Positions 11,517-24,840 of a stretch of DNA of 64,000 nucleotides are shown in pieces; the first letter of the stretch is position 1; each line of letters opens with the position of its first letter. Source of the stretch: Octopus vulgaris (taxonomy: Eukaryota); the NCBI GenBank assembly GCA_951406725.2, contig OX597827.1, positions 11,222,001 through 11,286,000 on the forward strand, read 5' to 3'. The notes beneath the pieces are model-generated. The model made no database searches. It was not told the origin of the DNA and saw only the letters and a program-made list of their open reading frames with translations. Both the position numbers and the translations under genes were made by a program.

Positions 11517-11558
11517 AATTCTTGAAAAGTCACATTGCTACGAAAACCGGTTTGAATT
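11517..11558 (+). ncRNA. Minimal HHR, U3-A8 variant
   Basis: AATTC-TTGAAAA-GT cacattgct AC-GAAA-ACCGGT-TT^GAATT; stem II is weak. Confidence 0.6.
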
Positions 11559-11721
11559 AATATATATATATTTAAAAAATTTTTTTTTAATTTTCCATAC
11601 ACCCATTTTCATTAAAATGGACCTTCAATTTAGCATTCTGCCTTTTTATAATTTTTCCTTGCCTATATATATATATATGTTTATCTATATCTATATCAAT
11701 ATATATATGCTTACACATATA

Positions 11722-11775
<54 letters not shown>

Positions 11776-12704
11776 TAGATATGTATACACACACATATAT
11801 ATACACACACATACAACGGGCTACTTCCAGTTTCTGTCTACTAAATACACTCACAAGGCTTTGGTCAGCTTAAGATTATAGTAGAAGACACTTGCCCAAA
11901 ATGCCACACAGTGGGACAGAAGCCAGAACCATATGTGTGTGTGTGTGTGTGTATTAAACATAAATATATATACATATATATGCATCTTACCTCAATGGAA
12001 GAAGATGGTGCAATATTTGCTTGGCTGAGAGGACAATGATACTAAAAAAAAAATTCATGTAATCTGAGTACTTTCTTGAACACAAAAAGCGAAATTTTTA
12101 GTCATTGCTCTCATGATTGAAAATTTGTTTTGGAAATGTAGTCTTCTCATTTTGTGGACAAGTGAACAAAAAAATATACATAAATAGGCCCATTTCAAAC
12201 ACACTGGGAATTTGTTCAAAGGGAGGTAACTCTATCCTTCTGGAATGGGTACTTTTCTTTCAAGGATTTAAAAAAAAATTTTGTTTCAGGGTATTTTTTT
12301 CACCAATACACTGTATTTTTTCCTCTATTAATAAAGAGATCAATTGCCTCTGGCTAGCAGAGAATGTGAAACTAATGTTCACTTTGTGACCAGGAAACTT
12401 TAGTTTAAATGTTTGTGACATATGTCAACTTTTAAAGCAAATTCACGCCAGTTACCATTGAGAATAAAATTCTCTCCTTAGTTAAAAAGGTGTAAAAACA
12501 CCATATCTGTCCAATGCAGCCCTCTGCAGATTCTCAGATGCATTTCTAGCTCTTTAGTCATTATCAAAGGGAAATACCAAAGAGAGATAACTCTGGACAG
12601 ACTGCGTTTTAGTTGAAACTGTAGCTGACTATCAGTCAGAAGAAATTCAGCAGTATCAAGACCAAACAGTGTGTTAAGAGTTACCTCTCTTCAGTATTGT
12701 ATAT

Positions 12705-13135
12705 AGGCGCAGGAGTGGATGTGTGGTAAGTAGCTTGTTTACCAACCACATGGTTCCGGGTTCAGTCCCACTGTGTGGCACCTTGGGCAAGTGTCTTCTA
12801 CTATAGCCTAGGGCCGACCAAAGCCTTGTGAGTGGATTTGGTAGACGGAAACTGAAAGAAGCTCTGAGTTGCTCGATTAAAGGCAGTGCTCCAGCATGGC
12901 TGCAGTCAAATGACTGAAACAAGTAAAAGAGAAAGAGAAAGAGGAAGAGTGTGTGTGTGTGTGTGTGTGTGCACACGACAGGTTCCTTTCAATTTCTGTC
13001 TACCAAATCCACAAATCCACTCAGAAGGCATTAGGTAGTCTGAGGCTGTAGTAGAAGATATGCAAAGTGCCATGCAGTAGGACTGAACCCAGAACAACGG
13101 TTGGGAAGCAAACTTCTTACCATACAACCACACCT
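12705..13135. mobile_element. Two family A SINEs in opposite orientation (12705-12935 +, internally deleted; 12975-13135 -)
   Basis: Consensus match. Confidence 0.75.
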
Positions 13136-13840
13136 GGATCTAGTATATATACAGTAACATTTTTATTTTATATTGCATTTTACAAATATAACATCATTGT
13201 ATACAGGTTTACAACAGGCCAATCAGTAGTTCATAGCAATGGAGTATTCGTGAGTTGTGGAAGATCTAATATTGCAAAGGACTTTGTTTAAAGTGTACTA
13301 TCACTTTCCTTTTCCCCATTTATGTTATTTTCTTTCATGGGTGTATGTGAAAAAATAAAATTATAGAATACATGATTACAAATGACTAGAAATTGTAGGA
13401 AATTGAAAAATTAAATACGATAACTAAATGTATCTCCTTGATATTCTTCAATTTCAAATTCAAATTTCTAATCCCACCTCATACTCTGAGGAGACAGTTA
13501 CCCCCCTTGTATTAATGGCCATCACCTGAGGGCACCATAAGTGTGTGTGTGTACACAGAGAGCTAATGAGAGAGTGAGAGGGGGGTGAAAGAGGGAGTGA
13601 GAGGGGTCAAAATGTCAAGTATTATTTTGATAAAAATTGTTCAATTATTTTCTTTTGCAGAACTTTAAGACAATTACAGAAGAGTAAATAGCAATAATTA
13701 ATTGTTGAATCCAAGGAAAGAATATAACGAGATCAGAATTAAGTATGAGAAGAAATTCAACGAAGCTGCTGGTGCACACAAAGTAATACGTGAATTAGCA
13801 AACTGATTTCTTTCCTCATATACAGAACTGGTGCAAAAAC

Positions 13841-13907
<67 letters not shown>

Positions 13908-13929
13908 GCGCGCACACACACTCACACAC

Positions 13930-14250
13930 CAATGATCTGTTGGTCATGATGACGAAGGTTCCAGGAGATATGACCAATGGAACAGCCTGTTCCCGAAATT
14001 AAAATGCAAGTGGCTGAGTACTCCACAGACATGCTTACTCTTAATGTAGTTCTCAGGGAGATTCAGAGTGTGACAGAATGTGACAAGGATGGCCCTTTGA
14101 ATTACAGGTACAACTTATTTTTGCCAGCTGAGTGGACTGGAGCAAAGTGAAATAAAGTATCTTGCTCAAGGACACAACACACCATCAGGAATTGAACTCA
14201 CAAGCCTTACAACTCTGAGTTGAATACCCTAACCACTAAGCCATGTGATT
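13930..14250 (-). mobile_element. SINE family D
   Basis: Matches 45783-46169 and 58990-59260. Confidence 0.8.
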
Positions 14251-14339
14251 TCACCACACACACATTCACACATGCATGAACACACATACACATACATGAA
14301 CACACACAAACACACACACAGACATGCACACAGACACAC

Positions 14340-14760
14340 ATCATCATCATCATCATTTAATGTCCGACATCCATAGTGGCATAGGTTGGATTGTTTGACC
14401 AGGGCTGGCTAGCTGGAAGACTGCACCAGACTCCAGTCTGTTTCCGCATGGTTTCTATGGCTGGACGCCCTTCCTAATGCCAACCACTCTGAGAGTGTAA
14501 TGGGTGCATTTACATGCCACTGGCACAGGTGCCATTTATGTGACACTGGTGACTGCCACGAATGCACTTTTACTTAGCTTGATGGGGCTTCTTTTCAAGC
14601 ATGGCATAGTGCCAAATGGACTAGGTCATTGCCTCAGTGAGACTCAACACTTGAAGCCCTGCATAATACGAAATGGTCTCAGTCTTTGCCTCCGTGAGGC
14701 CCAATACTTGAAAGATGCCTTTATGTGCCACCAGCACGGGGGTCATTTGTGTGACACCAT
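14340..14760 (-). mobile_element. SINE family C variant
   Basis: (CAT)n tail and core on the plus strand. Confidence 0.7.
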
Positions 14761-14876
14761 ATAAATAAATAAATGAGGAGATGAATGATATACAGGTGGT
14801 CACCTGAGTGATACTTCATGCAAGAACTTGGTCAGTAAAGTGGTCAAATGAAAGTGTAAAGGTTATACCCTTTGAT

Positions 14877-15095
14877 CAGTGGTTTTCAACCAGGGTTCCT
14901 CGGAATCTTAAGGTTCCGCCAGTACAGTCCAGGGGTTCCGCAAGAAGTTACAAAACTGCTAAAATTGGCAGTAATTTTTAATTCTCCTGTGCAGATATGT
15001 GTGCATAAGACTATTAAATTATTGCACAGGGGTTCCTCGAGCCAGTGGAATGTTTCCTTGGGGTTCCGCTCCAGCAAAAAGTTTGAAAAGCACTG
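14877..15095. mobile_element. hAT-type MITE with 8-bp TSD
   Basis: TIRs CAGTGGTTTTCAAC / GTTTGAAAAGCACTG; TSD CCTTTGAT on both sides; GGGTTCC subterminal repeats. Confidence 0.9.
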
Positions 15096-15151
15096 CCTTT
15101 GATTAATCAAATAAGTGGTCAATTATTATAGGAGCAATCCAGGTCATGTAC

Positions 15152-15390
15152 AGTGGAGGCATGTGGCTTAGTGGTTAGGGTGTTGGACTTATGATCATAA
15201 GAGATTGTGGTTTTGATTCCTGGACTGGGTGATTTCCCATTGCTTCTGTCCACTCAGCTGCCAAAGTGAGTATCCCTGTGATGGACTAGCATCCCATCCA
15301 GGTGGGGAATTCATATACCATGGAAACTGGGAAATTGACTCTTATGAGTCAGTATGGCTCAATAATGTACCTTTACCTTACATTTACCTT
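15152..15390 (+). mobile_element. SINE family D
   Basis: Head TGGCTTAGTGGTTAGG. Confidence 0.7.
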
Positions 15391-15569
15391 AAGGCATGTA
15401 TATAAAATGCATATGCTATCCAAACAGACTAAAAATTCTTCATGGCGGTACCTCAACATGGCCTCAGACTAATGCCTGAAACAGGTGTATGATAAAAGGT
15501 TAGATATGAAACATAATCTAAATTCATTCAGTTATTCATAAGCACTAAATGTATAGATAGGTTACACAT

Positions 15570-15950
15570 AGGCGCAGGAGTGGCTGTGTGGTAAGTAGCT
15601 TGCTTACCAACCACATGGTTCCGGGTTCAGTCCCACTGTGTGGCATCTTGGTCAAGTGTCTTCTATTATAGCCCCGGGCCGACCAAAGCCTTTGGTAGAC
15701 GGAAACTGAAAGAAGCCCATCGTAACCCCGAACCATGTGGTTCGTAAGCAAGCTACTTACCACACAGCTACTCCTGCACCTGTTTGTTTATGTCATCATA
15801 ACTTAGCAGTTTGGCAAAAGGGACTGATAGAATAAGGACCAGACTTTAAAAAAATTAAAAGTAAGGAGCTCAATTTGTATGACTAAACCCTCCAAGGCAG
15901 TGCCCCAGCATGGTCGCAGTCTGGTGATTGAAACAAGTAAAAAAATACAG
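15570..15950 (+). mobile_element. SINE family A containing an inverted copy of its own head (15724-15782)
   Basis: Direct inspection. Confidence 0.75.
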
Positions 15951-16399
15951 AAAAGATAAATTCCTTGCTTGGTTGCTTACATGCGCGCGCATGCGTACAC
16001 ATGTATGCGGGTGTGTACGTGTTTGTATCAGAATATGAATCTGAATGAATCTTTAAAAAGCAGTATTTTTAGGAAGAACGACTTCTCTGTCCATTAATAA
16101 TGTCAGTATCAAAGGGAGACAATTACGATAGACTTTACTGCGACCGAATACAACAGAGCCAGTGCACACACGCACAAGCACTCACAAATACGTACACCCA
16201 CTCACGCTTTAGCCTGTTATTATTCCTTGAACTAGAATAAGTATATTATTTTCTTCCATAAAGTACCTCACCTGATATTCTAACACATGTAATATCTAAT
16301 TGCAGTTACAATCCTTCGTTGTGCCCCAGCATGGCCACAGCTCAAGAGCTGAAACTGGAAAACATAATATATATATATATATTTATATATATATATACT

Positions 16400-16763
16400 C
16401 TTACTCTTTTACTCTTTTACTTGTTTCAGTCATTTGACTGCGGTCATGCTGGAGCACCGCCTTTAATCGAGCAACTCGACCCCGGGACTTATTCTTTTGT
16501 AAGCCCCAGTACTTATTCTATCAGTCTCTTTTGCCGAACCGCTAAGTGACGGGGACGTAAACACACCAGCATCGGTTGTCAAGCAATGCTAGGGGGACGA
16601 ACACAGACACACAAACACACACAAACACACATATATACGACAGGCTTCTTTCAGTTTCCGTCTACCAAATCCACTCACAAGGCATTGGTTGGCCCAGGGC
16701 TATAGCAGAAGAAACTATGTGGTTGGTTAGCAAGCTACTTACCACACAGCCACTCCTGCGCTT
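16400..16763 (-). mobile_element. SINE family A
   Basis: Consensus match. Confidence 0.85.
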
Positions 16764-16956
16764 ATATATATATATAATCTGAATCAAAATAACTTCTATT
16801 CATTTTTAACATTTGTTTCCTCTCCATGGGCATTGAATTGGTGCTCCTTTCTCTGTCTGTTTCTCACGCTCTCTCTATCTATCTCACACACACTCAAAAA
16901 CACACATACTCTCTCTCTCCCTTTCTCTCTCTCTGCATATATATTTATATACACAC

Positions 16957-17071
<115 letters not shown>

Positions 17072-17078
17072 GTTTAGA

Positions 17079-17304
17079 GGGCGGCGAGCTGGTAGAAACG
17101 TTAGCATGCCAGGCGACTTGCATAGCTGTATTTCGTCTGCCGTTACGTTCTGGGTTCAAATTCCACCAAGGTTGACTTTGCCTTTCATCCTTTCGGGGCG
17201 ATAAATTAAGTACCACTTACACACTGGGGTTGATGTAATCGACTTAATCCATTTGTCTGTCCTTGTTTGTCCCCTCTATGTTTAGCCCCTTGTGGATAGT
17301 AAAG

Positions 17305-17305
<1 letters not shown>
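17079..17305 (+). mobile_element. SINE family B
   Basis: Head GGCGGCGAGCTGG; core CCTTTCATCCTTTCGGGG. Confidence 0.85.
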
Positions 17306-17345
<40 letters not shown>

Positions 17346-17510
17346 TGCAGGAGTGGTTGTGTAATAAGAAGCTTGCTTTCCAACCACATGGCTCCGGGTT
17401 CAGTTCCACTGTGTGACACTTTGGCCTCGGGCTGACCAAAGACTTGTGAGTGGATTTGGTAGATGGAAACTGAAAGAACCACATTGTATATACATATGTA
17501 TATATATATG

Positions 17511-17566
<56 letters not shown>

Positions 17567-17570
17567 CAAG

Positions 17571-17602
<32 letters not shown>

Positions 17603-17889
17603 CAAGTATATATATTTATATATATATATATATATACATATATAAACACGTATATATATATATATATATATATATGAAAGTCTATGAGAATTACTTATTA
17701 TAGTTTTTGAAGTGTAAAGATGATTTTTTTTTTAAATAGTTTTTTTTAAATGTTATGAAATTTTTTATGAGGATGTTACTAACTTTTTTGGGAAAGAAGT
17801 TTTTCTGGTGTGTGAGTGCTTTCATTTAACCTTTTCAAACACACACACACTCACACTCACACACACACACATTCACTCACACACTTATG

Positions 17890-17934
<45 letters not shown>

Positions 17935-18019
17935 AGATAAATAAAAATATATGCATACATACAAACATATATGTACGTACCTACATCTACATGTATATAT
18001 ACATGCATATATAAATAAT

Positions 18020-18270
18020 TATACGGGAGTACAGGACATCACAATAAGACGTAGAAACAGAAAAAATCAAAAAACCAAAAAACAAGAAAACGGAAAACGA
18101 AAAACAAGAAAACGAAAAACAAATACAGGACGAGCTACACAAGGACAAAACCCCCGTCATCAGCTGTCGCTAGAGGAGTCAGGCATGTTTCGAAGGCATA
18201 ACAGAACACTAATCCAATAAGCCTTCCTGCGAGAGAATTAAAATAAAATTCCAAGCAGCGGGGCAAATAT
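18020..18270 (-). mobile_element. (TA)n-embedded Penelope-like remnant with CGAAAC and CTGATGA motifs
   Basis: Homologous to 57615-57800. Confidence 0.5.
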
Positions 18271-18409
18271 ACGTATGTGTGTGAGTGTATGTGCACATGC
18301 ATGATCTTTGCACATTGGAAGTATAATGTTTATGTGGTTTTAAATTATATTTATTAAGTATATTTTTCATATAAATATTAGAATAGAATAAGACTAAAGA
18401 ACATTCCTG

Positions 18410-18642
18410 AGTTATATAGACTCATAGGACTTGTTTCCCAGATTCTATGGTATATGTATTCCCCACCTGGACGGGACACAAGTCCATCGCACGATTACTC
18501 ATTTTAGCCAACTGAGTGGACTGGAGCAACATGAAATGAAATGTTTTGCTCAAGAACGCAACACACTCCTCAGACCAAGAATTGAAACCAGAATCGTACA
18601 ATCACGAGTCCAACACCCTAACCACTAAGTCACGTGCCTCCA
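18410..18642 (-). mobile_element. SINE family D
   Basis: CORE-like segment and head. Confidence 0.75.
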
Positions 18643-19222
18643 CTGTTGTAATCTTTAAAGAACCGATTAAAAGAACATCCAAGAAACTACACATTACTGT
18701 AAGACATAAGAAACTTATTCTCTTAATGAGAAATGCTTATCAAAAGCAATTGTTTGCAAAACAAATGTAATATCACACCAAACAAATTAACGATTGTTTG
18801 CCAACATAACATGGCAGTCCTGGTTTAGGACTAATGTTGCTGTAATTTAGTCCCAGGAGACATCGTCTCCAGCTGGCTATATATGACATGATCTGTGTCC
18901 TCATATTTTCAAACAAGGAAATTTAGCACTCCACCTCAGCTCAAAACAATATCTGTGTATACATACATATTGAAGCTATTAAAAGTTGAACAATATAAAA
19001 GTGAAACTATTTTTAACTTACTCTGTCAAAGATTTCACTTTTATTCTTCGAATTTTGAGAGATAATACATAACCGGTGCCAATGTTGTATTGTTTTTATC
19101 CAATGTTGTATTGTTTTTTTACATGTTGATAATCCTGGGGTCTCATAGTATTTCCATGTAAAACTTGATTTGGTTGAGCCGTTTGAGAATGCATTAGGAA
19201 CAGATTAAGATACAAAGGATTT

Positions 19223-19313
<91 letters not shown>

Positions 19314-19363
19314 CTCAGAGTAACAGATTTTGTTGAATTTTCTGCTGCTTTAAATAAAGTATA

Positions 19364-19651
19364 ATCATCATCATCATCATCATCATCATCGTTTAACGTC
19401 CGTTCTCCATGCTAGCATGGGTTGGACGGTTCGACCGGGGATCTGGGAAGCCAGAAGGCTGCACCAGGCTCCAGTCTTATCTGGCAATGTTTCTACAGCT
19501 GGATGCCCTTCCTAACGCCAACCACTCCGTGAGTGTAGTGGGTGCTTTTACGTGCCACCTGCACAGGTGCCAGGTGGGTCCGGCATCTGTGCAGGTGGCA
19601 CGTAAAAAGCACCCACTACACTCGCGGAGTGGTTGGCGTTAGGAAGGGCAT

Positions 19652-19654
<3 letters not shown>
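19364..19654 (-). mobile_element. SINE family C ending in a ~155-bp fold-back (19500-19654)
   Basis: GGATGCCCTTCC...GTGCCACCTGCACAG / CTGTGCAGGTGGCAC...GGAAGGGCATCC. Confidence 0.85.
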
Positions 19655-19714
<60 letters not shown>

Positions 19715-19804
19715 TGAGTATAGAGTTGTAATAACAAAACGAGATGATACTGGAAAAACAAAGGTTATATAATCATTGTTATTCCTGTGTCATCACTTTT
19801 TCTA

Positions 19805-19836
<32 letters not shown>

Positions 19837-20928
19837 GATATATATGTATATTTATATGTAGATCTATATATGTATGTGCGTATGTATATGTATACATGTG
19901 TGTGCATGCGTGTGTATTCTATTATTTGTGTTTAGATAAGTTGAATTTATTTAGAAAATATTATTTGTTTATATGTGTGTATGCATGTATGTATGTGTGT
20001 GTGTGTTTGGGGGGCATATTTACATGTGCATTTGTGTATATGCGTGTTTGTGAGAGTCTCTCAGTTACTTTCTATTTTGAAACTCTTGTTTTAAATTACT
20101 GTCCGGCTGTCAGTGTCATGTTTGTTAAACAGAATGTCTTTGATAACATGATGATGGAATCTTCTAGTGAACTAACGATTCTGTTCAGTTTTCGACTTTG
20201 TGATGCATTAAAGTGTTTTCTTACAGTCTAAAAACCGAAAAATGGTTGGTACTAAACACATGGGGGGGGAAAAGGTATTCCGTAAATTTCAAGATGTTGG
20301 GGAAAAAGTAAGTTAAATATGTTGTCTTTTGCATCTTCATGTTTTAGTGTGTGTGTGTGTGTTTGCATGGCTAAATATGTGTGTATATGTGTGTGTATGT
20401 GTGTGTGTGCATGCTGTGTATGTTGTGTATGCCTGTATGTGTGTATATGCTTCTGTGTGCACCTGTAAGTGTGATTGGGTTTGTCCATATGGAGGTGTAT
20501 GTTTACCTGTGTACGTGCATGTTTGAATATGTGTGTGTATGTGTATGCTTGTTTTCATATGTGGTGTGTGTTTGTGTGTGCACCTGTGTGCTGTTGTTTG
20601 AGTGTGTGCATGTGTGTGTGTTTGTGTACACGTGCTTGTGTATGTGTATGCTTGTCTATCAGCACATTCGTTTAAGTTTGTGTGTATGTGTTTGTAGGAT
20701 CCTGTGTACCCATGTAACTTTTGTGTGCTTCTGTGTTTGTGTTTATGAGTTCGCCTGTATGTGTATGCATAGGTGTGAGCTGGCAACATATAATTTCACC
20801 TTAAAAAAAAAAGGAATTCATTTTCTCTCCATTTAATTTCATTAACAAAATTGTGCAACAAAACTTTTCCACATACAGCATACATCCTCTTGCCACAACC
20901 CCTCCTCCTCCTCCTCATCATCCATTTT

Positions 20929-21083
20929 AATGATGATGATAATGATGATGAAGACGACGACGACGAAGATGATGATGACGATGATGATGAAGATGATGAT
21001 GACGATGATGATGATGATGATAATACTGATGATGATGATGATGATGATGATGATGACGATGACGATGATGATGATGATAATAC

Positions 21084-21122
<39 letters not shown>

Positions 21123-21239
21123 CGACGACGATGATGATGATGATGATGACGATGATGATGATGATGATGATGATGATGATAATACTGATGATGATGATGA
21201 TGATGATGATGATGACGATGATGATGATGATGATAATAC

Positions 21240-21285
<46 letters not shown>

Positions 21286-21298
21286 AATATTGATGATG
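20929..21298. repeat. (GAT)n compound microsatellite
   Basis: Direct inspection. Confidence 0.95.
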
Positions 21299-21344
21299 TT
21301 CTTCCTCTTCCTCTTTTTATACATCCTCAACTTAAATATCCTTA

Positions 21345-21545
21345 TTTGTATAGGCACAAGGCCTGAAAGTTGGGGGCAAGGGGTTACATTGACTCCAATG
21401 CTCAACTGGTACCTATTTTATCAACCTCCAAAGGATGAAAGGCAAAGTCAACCTTGATGGAATTTGAATTCTGGACATAAAGATGGACAAAATACTGCTA
21501 AGCATTTTTCCCAGCATGTTAGTGATTCTGCCATCTCATCACCTA
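21345..21545 (-). mobile_element. SINE family B
   Basis: AAAGGATGAAAGGCAAAGTCAACC on plus. Confidence 0.75.
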
Positions 21546-21877
21546 AACTTGACTTCAATATCAACACCAACACCGAAATCTTCACCATCTTCAATATCTT
21601 CAGAACTTCTCCCACCACCACCACTACCACCAACAACAAACAACAACACTACTGCCACCACCATCAACAGCAGCCCCAACAGCCGTTCAAGATTTTGGAC
21701 CTGGAGATCTCCATTTCCAGCGACTTCGAGGGCCACCTCCCAGTAGTGTCGGGCATCAATGAAGAGCCCTTGACTACAACAAGATGATCAAAGTTTTTTT
21801 TTTTTTCCAAGGTCTGCAGTCTCCCGCCCCTGAACCCAAGGCCATCACCTAATCACCCTTACCCATATCTTGTTGCT

Positions 21878-22504
21878 TAACAACAACAACAACAACAACA
21901 ACAACAGCAGCCCCAACAATAACAATATCAACAATAGTGACGCTACTTCTACCATCATCATCATCAACACAGCCGAAATCATCACCATCACCATCATAAA
22001 CTTTAGTAGTATCAAAGTCATTGACATCATCATCATCATCGTCATCATCATCATCATGATCATCATCATTATTATTGTCAACATCATCATCATCATCATC
22101 ACCATTGTCATTGTCATCATTGTTTTGCATCATTATCATCATCATGGTCAGCATCATTATAATCATTATAATTATCACAGGCTTCATCATCATCATCCTT
22201 ACCATCATCACCATCAATCTAGAGCTGTCTTCATAATCAACAAAAGAACTATTTTCGTTGTCATCATTATTATCATGTTTTCATCATTGTTGTCGTCATT
22301 GTCTTCAGCATCGCCACTGTTGTTGTTGTTGTTGTTATCGTTGTCATCATCATCATCATTATTATGAACATCACCTTCATCAATAATGCCATTACCATTA
22401 TCACCAAGACGAAAATCATCACAACCATTGCTGTTAACATCTTCCTAATCAACAAAATTACTGTCATCTTCACAGCCATCATCATCACCACCACCACCGC
22501 CACT

Positions 22505-22538
<34 letters not shown>

Positions 22539-22591
22539 CCACCACCACCACCACCACCACCACCACCATCATCATCAACACCACCACCACC

Positions 22592-22649
<58 letters not shown>

Positions 22650-22830
22650 CCACCACCACTGCCACCATCATCATCATCATCATAATCGTCACCACCACCA
22701 CCACCACCACCACCATCATCTTCATCATCATCATCAACATTCATCACCACCACCACCACCACCACTACCATCCTCATCATCATCATCATCAACCTTCATC
22801 ATCATCATCATCACCATTAGCATCATCCAC
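21878..22830. repeat. Compound (CAA)/(CAT)/(CAC) trinucleotide repeat field
   Basis: Direct inspection. Confidence 0.9.
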
Positions 22831-23396
22831 ATCGTCAGCATCACACATCCATTTAGTTTTAAAAATAACTGTTTCATTGTCACAGCCATTTTTCAAAAAC
22901 ATCTGCAGTGATGGTTTCCGGTTCCCCCACTCCACCCCACCCCACCCACCACCGCTGCCACACCTCTTCTTTAAACAATAATTGCAGAGAACTCTACAGT
23001 ACAATACCTCCAAGAAGCCATAGAATCTCTCAGAAGGTGGTAATAGTCCTTGTGGGGAAAAAATAATGGGTTTATTGGGTGCTGGCTGCTATGAAACAAT
23101 AAGATGGCAAACAACAACAATAAAAGAAAAAAGGTAAAAAAAAAAAAAAACTGATGAAGAGAAGGTACAAAATTGGAAACTAATCAGCAAATGAATGGTG
23201 TCACATGATCAGGTTCATCAATTTGGAGAATGTTAATTAAACTGAGGCTGTTATAATTTGATTTTTAAGTAAAATGTAAAAATTAACAGCTTTTGAAAAT
23301 GCTATTGTCAATGCACAACGCAGACACATACATACATGCCTATAGGTAGACATAGACACACATACACATATGCATACATACGTATGTACATGTAAT

Positions 23397-23467
<71 letters not shown>

Positions 23468-23524
23468 GTATATATATGCATATACATATATATACATATA
23501 TAAACATATACATATATATATATA

Positions 23525-23567
<43 letters not shown>

Positions 23568-24182
23568 GGGGATACATTGTAGAGCATGTATGCATCTTGC
23601 TTAATGACTATTTGTGTGGGTATGTATGGATATGTAAATGTATGTTTGTGAGTGAGTATACATATATGTTTACATGTATATGTGTGTGTATATGTAGATA
23701 TATATATACACACACACATATACATATCCATATGTATACACATATACATATACATGTATCTGTATATACATATATACATGTACTTGTATATATATATATA
23801 TCATATATATTATACTCACACACACACATATACATATATATGTATATGTGTTTATATATATATATACACATACATATATATATGTATTTATATATATATA
23901 TTTAAATATGCATACACACACACACACACACTCATATATACAGAGGCACACATAAATAGTCATTAAAACGATGCCTACTTGCTCTAGAAATTATATTCTA
24001 ATTAGTGTTATTATTCACCAGATGTTTTCAACAAATATTCCAAAAATTATTATTCATTTAGGGTCATCACAAACCTAAAGAGTCAAAAAACAATGAGCAT
24101 GCTTGTATAATAAGTATGTATGTACATATGTGTGTAAACATGCATGTATGTATGCATGTGTATATTTGTAGGCATATATGTA

Positions 24183-24545
24183 GAGCAGCAAGCTGGCAGA
24201 AATGTTAGCATGCCAGGTAAAATGCATAGCCGTATTTCGTCTGCCGTTATGTTCTGAGTTCAAATTCTGCTGAGGTCAACTTTGCCTTTCATCCTTTCGG
24301 GGTCGATTAAATAAGTACCAGTTACGCACTGGGGTCGATATAATCGACTTAATCCGTTTGTCTGTCCTTGTTTGTCTTCTCTGTGTTTAGCCCCTTGTGG
24401 GTAGTAAAGAAATTGGTATTTTGTCTGCTGTCACGTTCTGAGTTCAAACTCTTTCGAGGTCAACTTTGCCTTTCTTCCTTTCAGGATCGACTAAATATAT
24501 ACTAGTTAGGCACTGGGGTCGGTGTAATCGACTTAAACCCTTTGT
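24183..24545 (+). mobile_element. SINE family B with tandem partial second unit
   Basis: Core repeated at ~24275 and ~24460. Confidence 0.8.
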
Positions 24546-24659
24546 TTGTCCCCTCCATGTTTTCTACTTGTGCTTCAATACATTTCAGCACTTCAAAAAC
24601 AAACTTATGTTTGTTTACATATGATATATGTATGTATATATATAAATATATATATATAA

Positions 24660-24840
24660 AGGGAAAGTTTACGAAAAGAAAACAAAAGACGAAGACAGGT
24701 GGTGTACAAAACAAACAGATGTATTAGTATAGCGCTCAGGAATAGAAAAAGTCTTTTACGTTTTGAGCCAACGCTCTTCTACAGAAAGGTACACAGAAAA
24801 AACAAGGAAAGAAAAAAATGTGTGTTGTGGCTAACGATCT
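24660..24840 (-). mobile_element. Penelope-like remnant with decayed minimal HHR (24753-24788)
   Basis: Minus: CTTT-CTGTAGA-AGAGC GTTG GCTC-AAAA-CG-TA^AAAG; same family as 42480. Confidence 0.6.

Noticed and set aside
13645-13690. Acceptor TTTTCTTTTGCAG plus 23-nt micro-exon
   Set aside because: Weak donor, no partner exons, common by chance in AT-rich DNA
22924-22950. G-quadruplex-capable tract on the minus strand
   Set aside because: Low-complexity extension of adjacent CAC repeats; no functional context
20842-22981. Long ORFs (poly-D/M/I/H/T, up to 205 aa)
   Set aside because: Translations of trinucleotide microsatellites, open in several frames on both strands
23151-23190. CTGATGA...GAAA hammerhead candidate
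   Set aside because: No stem I, II or III pairing
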